From an uncultured virus (IMG/VR IMGVR_UViG_3300037962_000140) (taxonomy: Duplodnaviria > Heunggongvirae > Uroviricota > Caudoviricetes): DNA of 64,000 nucleotides. Below, piece by piece: positions 50,276 to 59,510 of the stretch (position 1 is the stretch's first letter; each line of letters starts with the position of its first letter). The stretch covers positions 1-64,000 of IMG/VR virus record IMGVR_UViG_3300037962_000140. One strand, given 5' to 3'. The translations under genes and the position numbers were made by a program. The notes under the pieces were generated by a model that had not been told where the DNA came from, made no database searches, and worked only from the letters and a program-made list of their open reading frames with translations.

Positions 50276-52103
50276 GAGCGAGTGGGCAGCTCCTGAGATA
50301 CTACCCTCGTTTGCACCTACTGAAACGATTGCGGTAGACCTTGAGACATATGATCCTGATCTATCGAAAACAGGACCAGGATGGGCTACGGGAAAAGGAC
50401 ACACGGTAGGTATTGCACTAGCCACTGAAACGTGGTCAGGTTATCTTCCCATACGACACGAGGGCGGTGGTAATTTAGAAGAAGAACTTGTCCTACGTTG
50501 GCTCAAGAACACTCTTGAAAACCATAAAGGCACACTCGTTTTCCACAATGCACTTTACGATGTAGGCTGGCTCAAGCGAGAAGGGATCGACATAAAGTGT
50601 TCTATCAGAGACACGATGTTTGCGGCTCCTTTGCTAGACGAGAACAGAAGATCCTACTCGCTAAACAATCTAGGAAAAGATTACTGCGGAGAAGAGAAAG
50701 ATGAGTCATTATTACATGATGCGGCAACCGCTTGGGGGGTAAGCACTAAGGGAGGACTCTACGCACTTCCCGCCAAGTATGTTGCACCTTACGCAGAGCA
50801 GGACGCTGTCCTGACTTTAAAACTCTGGGCTATCTTCAGCAAGCTGATTGCCTCGGAGGGCTTACAAAAAATCTACGACCTAGAGTGCGATCTCATTCCT
50901 CTGTTAATCGAAATGCGATGGAGAGGAGTGAGGATCGACCTCGACCGAGCACATCAGGTATCAGAAGAACTATCGAAAAAAGAGCAGCAGCTTCTAGTTG
51001 AGTTTAAGAGAAAGTTTGGTTCCAGTGTTGAGATCTGGTCTAACGCCTCGATACAAAAAGCCTTCGATAACAATGACATATGGTATCCACACACAGAAAA
51101 AGGGATGCCTAGTTTCCAAGCTAATTGGCTCGAGAATCACGACCACGAACTACCGAAGATGCTGGTCGCTGCTCGAAAGCTAAACAAAGCTCGGACTACG
51201 TTTATCGACGGAATGATTTTAGAACATTGTTCAGACGGTAGGATTCATGCTGAAGCCCATCCGCTGCGCAACGATGAAGGAGGAACGGTCACAGGTAGAT
51301 TTAGTTACTCGAATCCAAACCTACAGCAAGTTCCTGCTAGAGATCCTGAGATCGGTAAGATGATTCGATCGCTGTTTATTCCTGAAGAAGGAGCACATTG
51401 GGGAGTGTTCGATTACTCTCAGCAAGAACCTAGAATCACGGTGCACTACTCATCATTGCTCGGACTTACAGGAGCAGAGGAGGCAGTAGAAGCCTACTCC
51501 AGCCAAGATGCAGACTTTCATCAGATCGTAGCAGATATGGCTGACATACCTAGAAAGCAAGCTAAGAATATCAATCTCGGCTTGACTTACGGAATGGGCA
51601 AAGACAAGTTAATTCGAGAACTCGGACTCGAGTCAGAAGAAGCGTTTCAGCTGTTGAACAAATATCACGATCGAGTACCTTTTATTAAAGGGATACAATC
51701 GATGTGTACTCGGATGGCAGACCAGCGAGGCTACATTACAACACTCGGCGGTCGAAAATGTCACTTCGATTTGTGGGAGCCTAGCCACGGCGAACGATCG
51801 ACTCCTCTACCTCACGAAGAAGCACTCGATAAATATGGTCAGTCGATCAAACGATCGTTTACCTACAAAGCACTTAACAGATTGATCCAGGGATCAGCAG
51901 CTGACATGACGAAACTTGCAATGCGTGACTTGTGGAAAGAGGGACTTGTTCCACATCTACAAGTTCACGATGAACTCGACTACTCGGTCGAGACAGAAGA
52001 GCAAGCTCAGCTCATTATCGACAAGATGGTGAACTGTGTTGAACTAAAGGTTCCACTAGTAGTGGATTACGAAAAAGGACAAACATGGGGCGAAGCAGAA
52101 TGA
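50244..52103 (+). CDS. polA: DNA polymerase family A
   Basis: DLET and FHNALYD exonuclease motifs, TGRFS..PNLQQ, DYSQQE, KNINLGLTYG, IQGSAAD, VHDEL. Confidence 0.95.
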   Translation: MSRQIPLIQPESEWAAPEILPSFAPTETIAVDLETYDPDLSKTGPGWATGKGHTVGIALATETWSGYLPIRHEGGGNLEEELVLRWLKNTLENHKGTLVFHNALYDVGWLKREGIDIKCSIRDTMFAAPLLDENRRSYSLNNLGKDYCGEEKDESLLHDAATAWGVSTKGGLYALPAKYVAPYAEQDAVLTLKLWAIFSKLIASEGLQKIYDLECDLIPLLIEMRWRGVRIDLDRAHQVSEELSKKEQQLLVEFKRKFGSSVEIWSNASIQKAFDNNDIWYPHTEKGMPSFQANWLENHDHELPKMLVAARKLNKARTTFIDGMILEHCSDGRIHAEAHPLRNDEGGTVTGRFSYSNPNLQQVPARDPEIGKMIRSLFIPEEGAHWGVFDYSQQEPRITVHYSSLLGLTGAEEAVEAYSSQDADFHQIVADMADIPRKQAKNINLGLTYGMGKDKLIRELGLESEEAFQLLNKYHDRVPFIKGIQSMCTRMADQRGYITTLGGRKCHFDLWEPSHGERSTPLPHEEALDKYGQSIKRSFTYKALNRLIQGSAADMTKLAMRDLWKEGLVPHLQVHDELDYSVETEEQAQLIIDKMVNCVELKVPLVVDYEKGQTWGEAE

Positions 52104-52306
52104 GGATACAGAGTCTTACTCAGGAGAAAATATCTAAATTTGAAAAAAGGAATCTTGAAATCTTTCGATTATACTCAGAGGAGGAAAAGACTCTGGAAGA
52201 GATCGGAAAAGATTACGGCTTGACTAAACAGCGAGTCTGGCAAATCGTACAGCGTTGTTCAGATGGTCAGGGAGATTATTATGCACAGCATCGACAGGAG
52301 AACTAA
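52100..52306 (+). CDS. HTH protein, sigma70 region-4-like
   Basis: TLEEIGKDYGLTKQRVWQI. Confidence 0.8.
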   Translation: MRIQSLTQEKISKFEKRNLEIFRLYSEEEKTLEEIGKDYGLTKQRVWQIVQRCSDGQGDYYAQHRQEN

Positions 52307-52695
52307 TGCCACAAGAAGCATCGCTCTGGAAGCTACTGAAAGCTAACCTTCCCAAAGAAGCCCATGTTCAAAGGATCGAGACTGGAGGGACTGCTCGAGG
52401 AGTGCCTGATGTCAATGTCTGCTATGCAGGGAAAGAAGTCTGGATCGAACTGAAATCAATCAAAGGAAATAAACTAACTCTGACTGAGTTTCAGATTGTC
52501 TGGATGCATAACAGAAACATGAGCGGAGGGAACTGTTTCATCCTAGTGAAAAAAGACAAAGAGCTACGAGCGTTTGACATTTCCGAGTATGAACTAGAAG
52601 AGTTTTTAGAGGGAAAAGTGAATTGGAACAGTGACTTACACGTTAGTCTTAGCCCTCCTTACGAATGGGAGAAGCTGTTTAAATTCATTTTTTAG
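52306..52695 (+). CDS. PD-(D/E)xK nuclease (VRR-NUC/resolvase-like)
   Basis: RIE, GVPD, WIELK, Q..W. Confidence 0.8.
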   Translation: MPQEASLWKLLKANLPKEAHVQRIETGGTARGVPDVNVCYAGKEVWIELKSIKGNKLTLTEFQIVWMHNRNMSGGNCFILVKKDKELRAFDISEYELEEFLEGKVNWNSDLHVSLSPPYEWEKLFKFIF

Positions 52696-52727
52696 TGCTT
52701 TACTTTCTAAACGTCGGCGGTTAAGGT
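52692..52727 (+). promoter_or_regulatory. phage promoter motif
   Basis: TTAGTGC-TTTACT-N17-TAAGGT. Confidence 0.75.
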
Positions 52728-52789
52728 ATAAAAAGTAGCGCGGCATACCGCCTACCAAAGAAAGTAGAACTGAAATAAGGAGGCCAATT

Positions 52790-53839
52790 ATGGCAGCAGC
52801 AGTAGAAACGATGGCGTACTCAGGAGAAGTACCATGGCACCGCGAGGGTGTTGCAGTACAACCTGACCTAACGCCATATGAAATGATGGAAGCCGCAGGG
52901 CTTGACTGGACTGTTACTAAACGTAACACTTGGACGTCAGCGATTCCTATGAATCAATACGAACCTGACGAAGATGGCAACATTGCGTTGCAACTTCTAC
53001 CTAACCCTGATCGCTTTGACCTAGTACGCGACTCAGACAACTCAATACTTGGTTCGTGCGGTAGCGATTACCAACCCATACAAAACGAGCGTATCTTCGA
53101 TTTCTTTCAGAAGTTTTCTAAGCACGCCGACATCACTATGGAAACGGCGGGTAGCTTAAAGAACGGCCAGAGCATATGGGGTCTTGCGCGTATTAATGAC
53201 GCGTACGAACTTATCGGCGGCGATGAAATGAACAGTTTTGTATTGTTTCATCAACCGCACCAACCAGGACATTCCATGAACATACGAGGAACGGAAGTTC
53301 GTGTTGTGTGCAACAACACATTGCAGATGGCAATGCGTAGCCAAGCACAAAACGAGTTTCGTATGTCACACCGTTCTGTATTTGACGAAGTACGAGAGGC
53401 CGAAGCTCTTAAAACGATGGGCGTTATACAAGATATGCGTACCGAGTTCAAAGATGCTGTGAAGTTTCTTTCTACCAAGAAAGCTACGGAAGGTCAGGTA
53501 CTTGAGTTTGTCACTAGGGTACAGCAGCCTACATTGTACAAAGAGTACGCTGAGCAACAACGGCTCAAAGAAGAAGGCAAGAAGATTGGCGAGCCTATCC
53601 TCTTACGCGAGCAGTTTAGTAAATACGCTGAACTAACTCGACGTTCACTTGAAGAATCTCCTGGAGCGCAACTGAAATCTGCCAAGGGCACTTGGTGGGG
53701 CGCACTAAACGCGGTTACATTTATTGAAGATCACCAGCGCGGTGGCGACAATAAAGTATACAACGCGATGTTCGGAGATGCTTCTAACCGTAAGACGAAA
53801 GCGTTGAACTTAGCTCTTGAATACGCGAGGGCAGCGTAG
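52790..53839 (+). CDS. DUF932-family phage/plasmid protein
   Basis: PWH, AGLDW.V, Y.PIQN, ETAGSL..G, VRVVC.NTL, GTWWG..NAVT...DH. Confidence 0.85.
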   Translation: MAAAVETMAYSGEVPWHREGVAVQPDLTPYEMMEAAGLDWTVTKRNTWTSAIPMNQYEPDEDGNIALQLLPNPDRFDLVRDSDNSILGSCGSDYQPIQNERIFDFFQKFSKHADITMETAGSLKNGQSIWGLARINDAYELIGGDEMNSFVLFHQPHQPGHSMNIRGTEVRVVCNNTLQMAMRSQAQNEFRMSHRSVFDEVREAEALKTMGVIQDMRTEFKDAVKFLSTKKATEGQVLEFVTRVQQPTLYKEYAEQQRLKEEGKKIGEPILLREQFSKYAELTRRSLEESPGAQLKSAKGTWWGALNAVTFIEDHQRGGDNKVYNAMFGDASNRKTKALNLALEYARAA

Positions 53840-54111
53840 TGGGAAGAGTTCAGAAGTTAAAGAACGCAATCGTTGTAGACGAAGACACCATCAGCAAGGT
53901 CTGGTGGTGTCTCAACCAACTAGCAGATCCTGATCTGCTAGACAACCCACTCTCAGAGTTTGAAGAGCTACAGAACTTTAGTCGAGACCTTTCTCGCAAC
54001 GTAGCTATAAAGATGAAACTACAAGAGTGCGAACTATCCGAAGACACAGTCCGATTCTGTGACGAGCTGTCTCTCGCAGAGTTCAACCAGACAGGAGATG
54101 TGAATGAGTGA
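53839..54111 (+). CDS. hypothetical protein
   Basis: coupled ORF. Confidence 0.55.
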   Translation: MGRVQKLKNAIVVDEDTISKVWWCLNQLADPDLLDNPLSEFEELQNFSRDLSRNVAIKMKLQECELSEDTVRFCDELSLAEFNQTGDVNE

Positions 54112-54403
54112 CGACGACTTCGAGCTAGACTATAGCTACGATATTCCTACAGACATCAGAGGTAAAACCCAAGTTCCTTGGGAAAAATTTGATGCTCCGA
54201 GGGAAGAGAAAGGCAAAAAAGTTTACGCTTCAAAATTTTTCATACCTGACGACAACCCTGACGATAATGCTAAAAAGCTCAAGAATCGTCTAGACCAGTC
54301 GTTTAGAGGATTTTCTAAAAAACAAGACCCCGAATGGAAATTCACGGCGCGTGTTAAGCTCGAGAATGAAGTGAGTGGGGTTAGGATATGGAGGATCGAA
54401 TGA
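54104..54403 (+). CDS. hypothetical protein ending GVRIWR
   Basis: AGGAG RBS. Confidence 0.65.
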   Translation: MSDDDFELDYSYDIPTDIRGKTQVPWEKFDAPREEKGKKVYASKFFIPDDNPDDNAKKLKNRLDQSFRGFSKKQDPEWKFTARVKLENEVSGVRIWRIE

Positions 54404-54648
54404 CCGATAATAAAGATGAAATTGACGTAATCGGCGAGCTTATGGCGATGGCTGTAGAGCTTGGGACTACGGCAGAGCGTTTAGACCACTACTGTGAACA
54501 GTTGAAGGTTCTTGAAAAACGAACGTCAGATCTTCTGGCACTAGTAGCAGAGAATACACTTGCACCTGAGACGGGAAAGTTTTTCGACACTGGTGAACCA
54601 ACAAGTGCTTACGTTAACCAAGACCCTGATCTAAAGAATAGGCACTAG
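54400..54648 (+). CDS. hypothetical coiled-coil protein
   Basis: GGAGG RBS, ATGA overlap. Confidence 0.55.
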   Translation: MTDNKDEIDVIGELMAMAVELGTTAERLDHYCEQLKVLEKRTSDLLALVAENTLAPETGKFFDTGEPTSAYVNQDPDLKNRH

Positions 54649-54653
54649 TGTTC

Positions 54654-54689
54654 TTAGTGCTTTACTTTCGTAACGTCCTGCGTTACGCT
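54654..54689 (+). promoter_or_regulatory. phage promoter motif
   Basis: TTAGTGC-TTTACT-N17-TACGCT. Confidence 0.7.
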
Positions 54690-54745
54690 AGTTGTTCCTA
54701 CTTAGTAGGCAGAAAGAAGAATGGCTAATAGAAAGGAGAACCATT

Positions 54746-55138
54746 ATGGCCGCAGCGAAGAAGGTAGCGAAAGCTACGACGAAGAAACCTACTGTCGCTA
54801 AGACAGTATCGAAAACACCCGCACCTGTTGTGAGTGTGCCTCTACCCGAGGCGTCCACTCGTGGCAGAGCGAGGAAGTTGTACAAGAAAACAACTAAGTC
54901 TATAAAAGATGTCGATAAGAAAACCCCACAGTTTCGTGGCTTGGGGAATGCCTTAGAGGATATCGAAAGCAAGGAATTTGATAGACAATCATTTCCTATA
55001 TCGCAACTTGTTGATCTCGCGGTTGAGGAGGGTCACTTAGATATGGCCCGTACCAAAAACCCCGAGAAACAGAAGAAGCGTATTGCTAACGAGTACACAA
55101 AAGACTTGTTGGCAGAGGGGCTCATAGAGCTTGTATAG
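54746..55138 (+). CDS. basic protein with Lys/Ala-rich N-terminus, possibly DNA-binding
   Basis: MAAAKKVAKATTKKP; AAGGAG RBS. Confidence 0.65.
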   Translation: MAAAKKVAKATTKKPTVAKTVSKTPAPVVSVPLPEASTRGRARKLYKKTTKSIKDVDKKTPQFRGLGNALEDIESKEFDRQSFPISQLVDLAVEEGHLDMARTKNPEKQKKRIANEYTKDLLAEGLIELV

Positions 55139-55145
55139 ACTAAAC

Positions 55146-55170
55146 GGGAGGCTTCGGCCTCCCCAGTTTT
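55146..55170 (+). terminator. probable terminator hairpin
   Basis: GGGAGGC TTCG GCCTCCC, imperfect T tract. Confidence 0.6.
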
Positions 55171-55342
55171 CGGAGAAAAGTATGAGAAAGAGTACAAGTT
55201 ACCGAATTAAATCGGTCAAGGAAGCGGGAAACAGAACGACAGATCCCGACATGAAAAAATACTGGGCAGACGTAGAGTCTTACCTAAGAACAGGATATTG
55301 GAGACGTGATGAAGTGTTAGGAACTCCAATAGCAGGTCGACT

Positions 55343-55717
55343 ATGAAAGCAAGAATAGTTGATGACGGTTCACTCGATACCATAGTCGAGTACAACGGAA
55401 CAAGAAGAAGGTACAGCACAGACTATAGAAACTCCTTCGAATCAGACGGAGATTTTCTACAGAGTACGTTCAATGATTTTTACGACGCAGAAGGCGAGGA
55501 GCTAGACATACTCTACGAATTAATGGAAGGCGATGCAACAATATGTCCTGACCAAAAATGCGGAGAGTGGTTTAGTTTTGATAGACCTGATGAAGAGAAG
55601 TACAACGCGGTACAGTGTGACAAGTGTGGATGGTTCATGTTATTAACCAGGAAACTTCCTGAGATCCCACCGAACTTGCACCGACGAATAGTAGTAGACG
55701 CGGAGACAATGTATTAG
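55343..55717 (+). CDS. hypothetical protein with C-terminal Cys cluster
   Basis: CPDQKC and CDKC. Confidence 0.6.
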   Translation: MKARIVDDGSLDTIVEYNGTRRRYSTDYRNSFESDGDFLQSTFNDFYDAEGEELDILYELMEGDATICPDQKCGEWFSFDRPDEEKYNAVQCDKCGWFMLLTRKLPEIPPNLHRRIVVDAETMY

Positions 55718-55774
55718 ACCGAAGCTACACCTTAGCTTTGTTAGCACGTACCCGTCCGTGTGGTCGAAGACGGG
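55717..55774 (+). ncRNA. candidate pseudoknotted three-way-junction RNA
   Basis: GACC/GGUC, GAAGCUA/UAGCUUU, CACG/CGUG; loop CCCGUC pairs with tail GACGGG. Confidence 0.45.
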
Positions 55775-55800
55775 CCTATCAATTCCAATGCAGGGGAAAT

Positions 55801-56109
55801 ATGGATATAGAAATTAGAAAGAATGTACCGCTTCCAGACTCACGTGAGGGAGGATCGCTTCCTCCAGGACGCAGCAAGTCTAAATTACGAGTCGCTGTTG
55901 AACAATTAGAGGTTGGTGACTCGTTTGAAATGGGACCGTATACCAGCCGTAAAGTTGCGGAAAAAATGAGAGCGAAAGTTATTCGATGTATGGTGCATCA
56001 CAAGCGTCGCCCTGATTCGAAAGACGTCAGACACAAAAAATTAGCCACTCGGCTAAGACAAGATGAAGATAATGGCCAGTTTTATCTAGGGGCATGGAGA
56101 ACTCAATGA
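55801..56109 (+). CDS. hypothetical protein (IEIRKNVPLP...LEVGDSF...WR)
   Basis: ATG 55801 after AGGGG. Confidence 0.65.
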   Translation: MDIEIRKNVPLPDSREGGSLPPGRSKSKLRVAVEQLEVGDSFEMGPYTSRKVAEKMRAKVIRCMVHHKRRPDSKDVRHKKLATRLRQDEDNGQFYLGAWRTQ

Positions 56110-56345
56110 AGAGAACAGAACAGGCGATTCGTGAGTACATCGCTGAGAACGAAGATGTTCTCAAACAACGAGTGGTTAAGATATTTATCGAAGAAATAGC
56201 AACATCTGTGTTCTGTACCGAACATGGAAAGATAGGATTAGGTGAGAGTATTTATCTACAATGGTCGCAAGAAATTCTCGACGACATAGAAGACATAGTA
56301 AAAGAAGTTTTAGACTTTGACGAGGACCCCACGGTCTCGGCTTAG
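56106..56345 (+). CDS. hypothetical protein
   Basis: GGAG RBS, ATGA overlap. Confidence 0.55.
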   Translation: MKRTEQAIREYIAENEDVLKQRVVKIFIEEIATSVFCTEHGKIGLGESIYLQWSQEILDDIEDIVKEVLDFDEDPTVSA

Positions 56346-56377
56346 TGCTTTACTTTCAGGTAGTCCCTAAGTAAAGT
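56342..56377 (+). promoter_or_regulatory. phage promoter motif
   Basis: TTAGTGC-TTTACT-N17-TAAAGT. Confidence 0.75.
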
Positions 56378-56428
56378 ATAAATTGGCGCGGCCTACGGGC
56401 CGTAGACTATAACGAGAAAGGAGAAAGT

Positions 56429-56992
56429 ATGAAAACATTTCTTGCAAGTGAGTTCAAGGATCGCATCCTGCGACCTTATTACCTAGAAGCGTGTAACTTT
56501 TCGACACACCACACCAGTGCGATGTGCGACTACGGTAGACACGCATTCGAAGCAGTAAGCAGTTACATCCTATCGAAAGATCAGGAAGAGTTCCAGCACA
56601 TCATGTCAGGTATGTACATGGAAGCAGTGTTCTACAGTATTGTATCGCCTGCCGATATCCTGCCTGACAACAAGGGTATGTCGCTTGTACGAGAGTACAA
56701 GATCGGCGGTTCGATAGTCGACCGTCTTAAACACTTTAGCGACTGGCTTTACGCGAAGTCTATAGACACTAATGAACATAACCGCGATCAGTTCAGTGTT
56801 TACTACATAGGGTTCAACGAGAAGCTGCAGCAGTCAGGTGTGTTCGACAGTACTTACGATACTCAAGACAAGAGTATCTTCGACCACGAGCCTGAGACCA
56901 GTTTGCTAGAAGACGTTGAGAATATGAAGAACCTAGCTGACGAGTTCATGAAAGATGCAGATAAGTTTGTAGAGGAACAGCGTGCCAAGTAG
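56429..56992 (+). CDS. hypothetical early protein
   Basis: AAGGAG RBS, 187 aa. Confidence 0.7.
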   Translation: MKTFLASEFKDRILRPYYLEACNFSTHHTSAMCDYGRHAFEAVSSYILSKDQEEFQHIMSGMYMEAVFYSIVSPADILPDNKGMSLVREYKIGGSIVDRLKHFSDWLYAKSIDTNEHNRDQFSVYYIGFNEKLQQSGVFDSTYDTQDKSIFDHEPETSLLEDVENMKNLADEFMKDADKFVEEQRAK

Positions 56993-57224
56993 ATACAAGA
57001 TGCTCCCAAACAGAAAAAGGCCGGAACCACCATTCCGGCCACTGCAACGTAAACCACAACCTGAGTGGCAGTCACGAGCCGACTACCCTTCGCGTGAGCC
57101 TACGACTCATGCTACGGGGAAAGTCGAATCACGACCGCTTGCGAATGCGACGATTGCACCTGCGTACAACAAAGGCGCGTATCAGGTTATTCCAGACTCA
57201 GACATTAAATTTATAGGAAGATAA
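56982..57224 (+). CDS. small phage protein (TIAPAYNKGAYQVI)
   Basis: recognisable C-terminal motif of small phage proteins. Confidence 0.65.
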   Translation: MPSRYKMLPNRKRPEPPFRPLQRKPQPEWQSRADYPSREPTTHATGKVESRPLANATIAPAYNKGAYQVIPDSDIKFIGR

Positions 57225-57236
57225 TCAGGAGCAATA

Positions 57237-57521
57237 ATGAAAACTACTAGATTTGACTCAGCAGATAAACTTACGTGGGAGCCTATCGCCGACGACGATA
57301 CCCAACAAGCAATGGACGACTCGAGCGATATAGCCCTAGTTGTGGGAGAAACAATAGAATTTTCGAAACGACAGCATGCAGGTGATGTTCACGGTGCGAT
57401 GGGACCAGTCGGATTATATATCTATACGATGGAAGATGACGATTGGGTATATATAGCTCACTACATCAATGAGGTCGAGCACCAGTGTTTTTTATTTAGA
57501 CATAGAAAAGGAGAAGAATGA
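57237..57521 (+). CDS. hypothetical protein
   Basis: AGGAG RBS. Confidence 0.6.
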   Translation: MKTTRFDSADKLTWEPIADDDTQQAMDDSSDIALVVGETIEFSKRQHAGDVHGAMGPVGLYIYTMEDDDWVYIAHYINEVEHQCFLFRHRKGEE

Positions 57522-57727
57522 AAATGGAAGAAGACCCTAACGGAAGATTCCTGGAACCAGTAAAACTGGAAAACTGTGTAATCTGTAAAGAAGCGATCGA
57601 ACCCCAACGTACTCCGGAAGGTGACATTTTCTGGACTCACGGGCATAATGCTAGACCCGTGGCAGAAGGACAGTGTTGTGACGATTGCAATTACTCGGTG
57701 GTGATACCAGCGAGACTAAGGGCATAA
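57518..57727 (+). CDS. small zinc-finger protein
   Basis: CVIC...GHNARPV..G.CCDDCN...VIPARL. Confidence 0.7.
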   Translation: MKMEEDPNGRFLEPVKLENCVICKEAIEPQRTPEGDIFWTHGHNARPVAEGQCCDDCNYSVVIPARLRA

Positions 57728-57971
57728 AGAAGGATCGATGCATCATTGAAACTGGCGAGTAGTAGCGTCTGTTGGAGATTCCTGCGGTTTATTCATAGCC
57801 GTTCTCGCCACCTGACCATCGCAGTATGTTGGTCAAGGAGAAAAAGGAGCGATGAAGTGCGTCTGCATCGGGGAGTAGTCTTACGGTGCGTTTGCTACTC
57901 TTGAATTTGACGTGAATCGCTCCGACTACTACACTAGAAACCAGTTCTACTCGATAACTAAAGAGGTAAAA

Positions 57972-58154
57972 ATGGATAGCGAGGAGATAAATAAACAAGT
58001 CGAAGAGTTCCTCAAGAAGGGAGGATCGATCGAAAAAGTTCCTGCAGGAGCCAGTGCAGATAGGCCACTGAGCGAGAAGAAAAAGTTATTTGGATTGTCT
58101 AGTAGACGACCAGGATTCGACAGGGAGCGACTAGTATTAACACCGAAAGAATAA
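57972..58154 (+). CDS. small protein (VEEFLKKGGSIEKVP)
   Basis: ATG 57972 after GAGG; motif resembles SutA-like small proteins. Confidence 0.55.
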   Translation: MDSEEINKQVEEFLKKGGSIEKVPAGASADRPLSEKKKLFGLSSRRPGFDRERLVLTPKE

Positions 58155-58195
58155 TAACTACAGGTACTCATAATACAGCTGTTGGGACTCGTCGT

Positions 58196-58231
58196 TTAGT
58201 GCTTTACTATCGGGTAGTCGCGGGTTAACCT
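58196..58231 (+). promoter_or_regulatory. phage promoter motif
   Basis: TTAGTGC-TTTACT-N17-TAACCT. Confidence 0.72.
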
Positions 58232-58288
58232 AAACGTAGCCCCCGCGCCCGTAGGCGGGATTTTAGAAAGATAGAAAGGAAGAAAGAA

Positions 58289-58666
58289 ATGAGAAATGCG
58301 TATGGACAACTCTTTATAGAGGGAACAGAGCTTATCGAACATTACTTGAGTGACGAGTTCTGGGTGTTGAGTGACCCTGAAGATTGGGGGGTTATTGAAA
58401 GACCTAAAGAAAAAGAGATTAGCGACCTTAACCTACACGAACTAAGCCCGACCATAGAAGAGTTTATAGTTGATTTAACTAAGCACGAAAACATCACAGA
58501 TGTTGATCACAAAAACTTCGGCCCCATCGAAGTAGTTACATTCCACTGGCAAGACCCACGAGGAGAAGAATATCCAGGAATGTATTATAAATTCGACGTG
58601 TGGACGAACGGCCCCGCCACATACTATGAACCAACACGTTGGTACGATACACCTTATTCAGGATAG
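58289..58666 (+). CDS. hypothetical acidic protein
   Basis: AAGGA RBS. Confidence 0.65.
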   Translation: MRNAYGQLFIEGTELIEHYLSDEFWVLSDPEDWGVIERPKEKEISDLNLHELSPTIEEFIVDLTKHENITDVDHKNFGPIEVVTFHWQDPRGEEYPGMYYKFDVWTNGPATYYEPTRWYDTPYSG

Positions 58667-58680
58667 AAAGGAGAAAGAAT

Positions 58681-58965
58681 ATGCCTAGAGAAGAAATCGA
58701 ATGGGAATGGGAAGAAGCGTTCGACAAGTTCGGATTCGGGGACGGTGACGGTTGGAACGGAACCGATATCGTAGCCGACTTTATTCAGGACAAGGGGTAC
58801 GAGGTCGAGTGCGACCATTGGGGGATTCATAATTATATGATCTTCGACATCAAACTAAGAGGCGAGTCGATCTACACCAAAGACGTTGATAAGGGTTACG
58901 ATAACCCGCACGACTACTTACCTCGAGGCTTGGTCAAGAATTTGGAGGAGAAGTTTAGTGAATAA
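58681..58965 (+). CDS. hypothetical acidic protein
   Basis: AAGGAG RBS before MPREE. Confidence 0.65.
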   Translation: MPREEIEWEWEEAFDKFGFGDGDGWNGTDIVADFIQDKGYEVECDHWGIHNYMIFDIKLRGESIYTKDVDKGYDNPHDYLPRGLVKNLEEKFSE

Positions 58966-59167
58966 AAGACACGGATCCCCCCACGATCGAGGATCAGCCG
59001 ATGCGTATTACCATCGGCCCCCCGACCCTCATTATTACAAAGGCGATAGTTATGCGTCGGATCGAGTTGAGAAGAAAGACATGAGCGACGAACAGAGAGC
59101 TGAATACTATCTCGGTTACAACGAAACGACCGCCCGTAAGGATTGGGGAGACTTTGATGAAGAATAG
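58958..59167 (+). CDS. small phage protein (RHGSPHDRGSADAYY)
   Basis: GGAGG RBS, GTG start. Confidence 0.65.
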   Translation: MNKRHGSPHDRGSADAYYHRPPDPHYYKGDSYASDRVEKKDMSDEQRAEYYLGYNETTARKDWGDFDEE

Positions 59168-59178
59168 GAGCAACGCAT

Positions 59179-59203
59179 AAAAAAGCCCGCTCAGTGGCGG
59201 GCT
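59179..59203 (-). terminator. terminator between convergent early units
   Basis: AGCCCGC N6 GCGGGCT with an A tract on the left (U tract on minus strand). Confidence 0.8.
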
Positions 59204-59222
59204 AATCTAGAACCGTGGTTCG

Positions 59223-59510
59223 TTAACAAATCTCTTTGTCTAGTTCTGCAAACCGTGGACATTTCTCACGTAGCTCTTCTCGTTCGAAGTCACTAACTTT
59301 CCAGCGTATCCCTGCTAACTTATCGCGAGGCGGGTGGACACTGTAAATGTCTCCGTTTCCACAAAAAGCGTAAAGTTCCGCATGATACCTGTCTTGTCTT
59401 CCTTCATATCCTGGTACGTTGATGTAGGTCAAACATACGTCTCGAGTCACTTTAAGAAACCCGTCGTACCCTTGACCACCTTCGAGTATTTCGATGTTAA
59501 CCGTTCGCAT
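59223..59510 (-). CDS. hypothetical protein
   Basis: AAGGAGG RBS. Confidence 0.6.
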   Translation of the reverse strand: MRTVNIEILEGGQGYDGFLKVTRDVCLTYINVPGYEGRQDRYHAELYAFCGNGDIYSVHPPRDKLAGIRWKVSDFEREELREKCPRFAELDKEIC

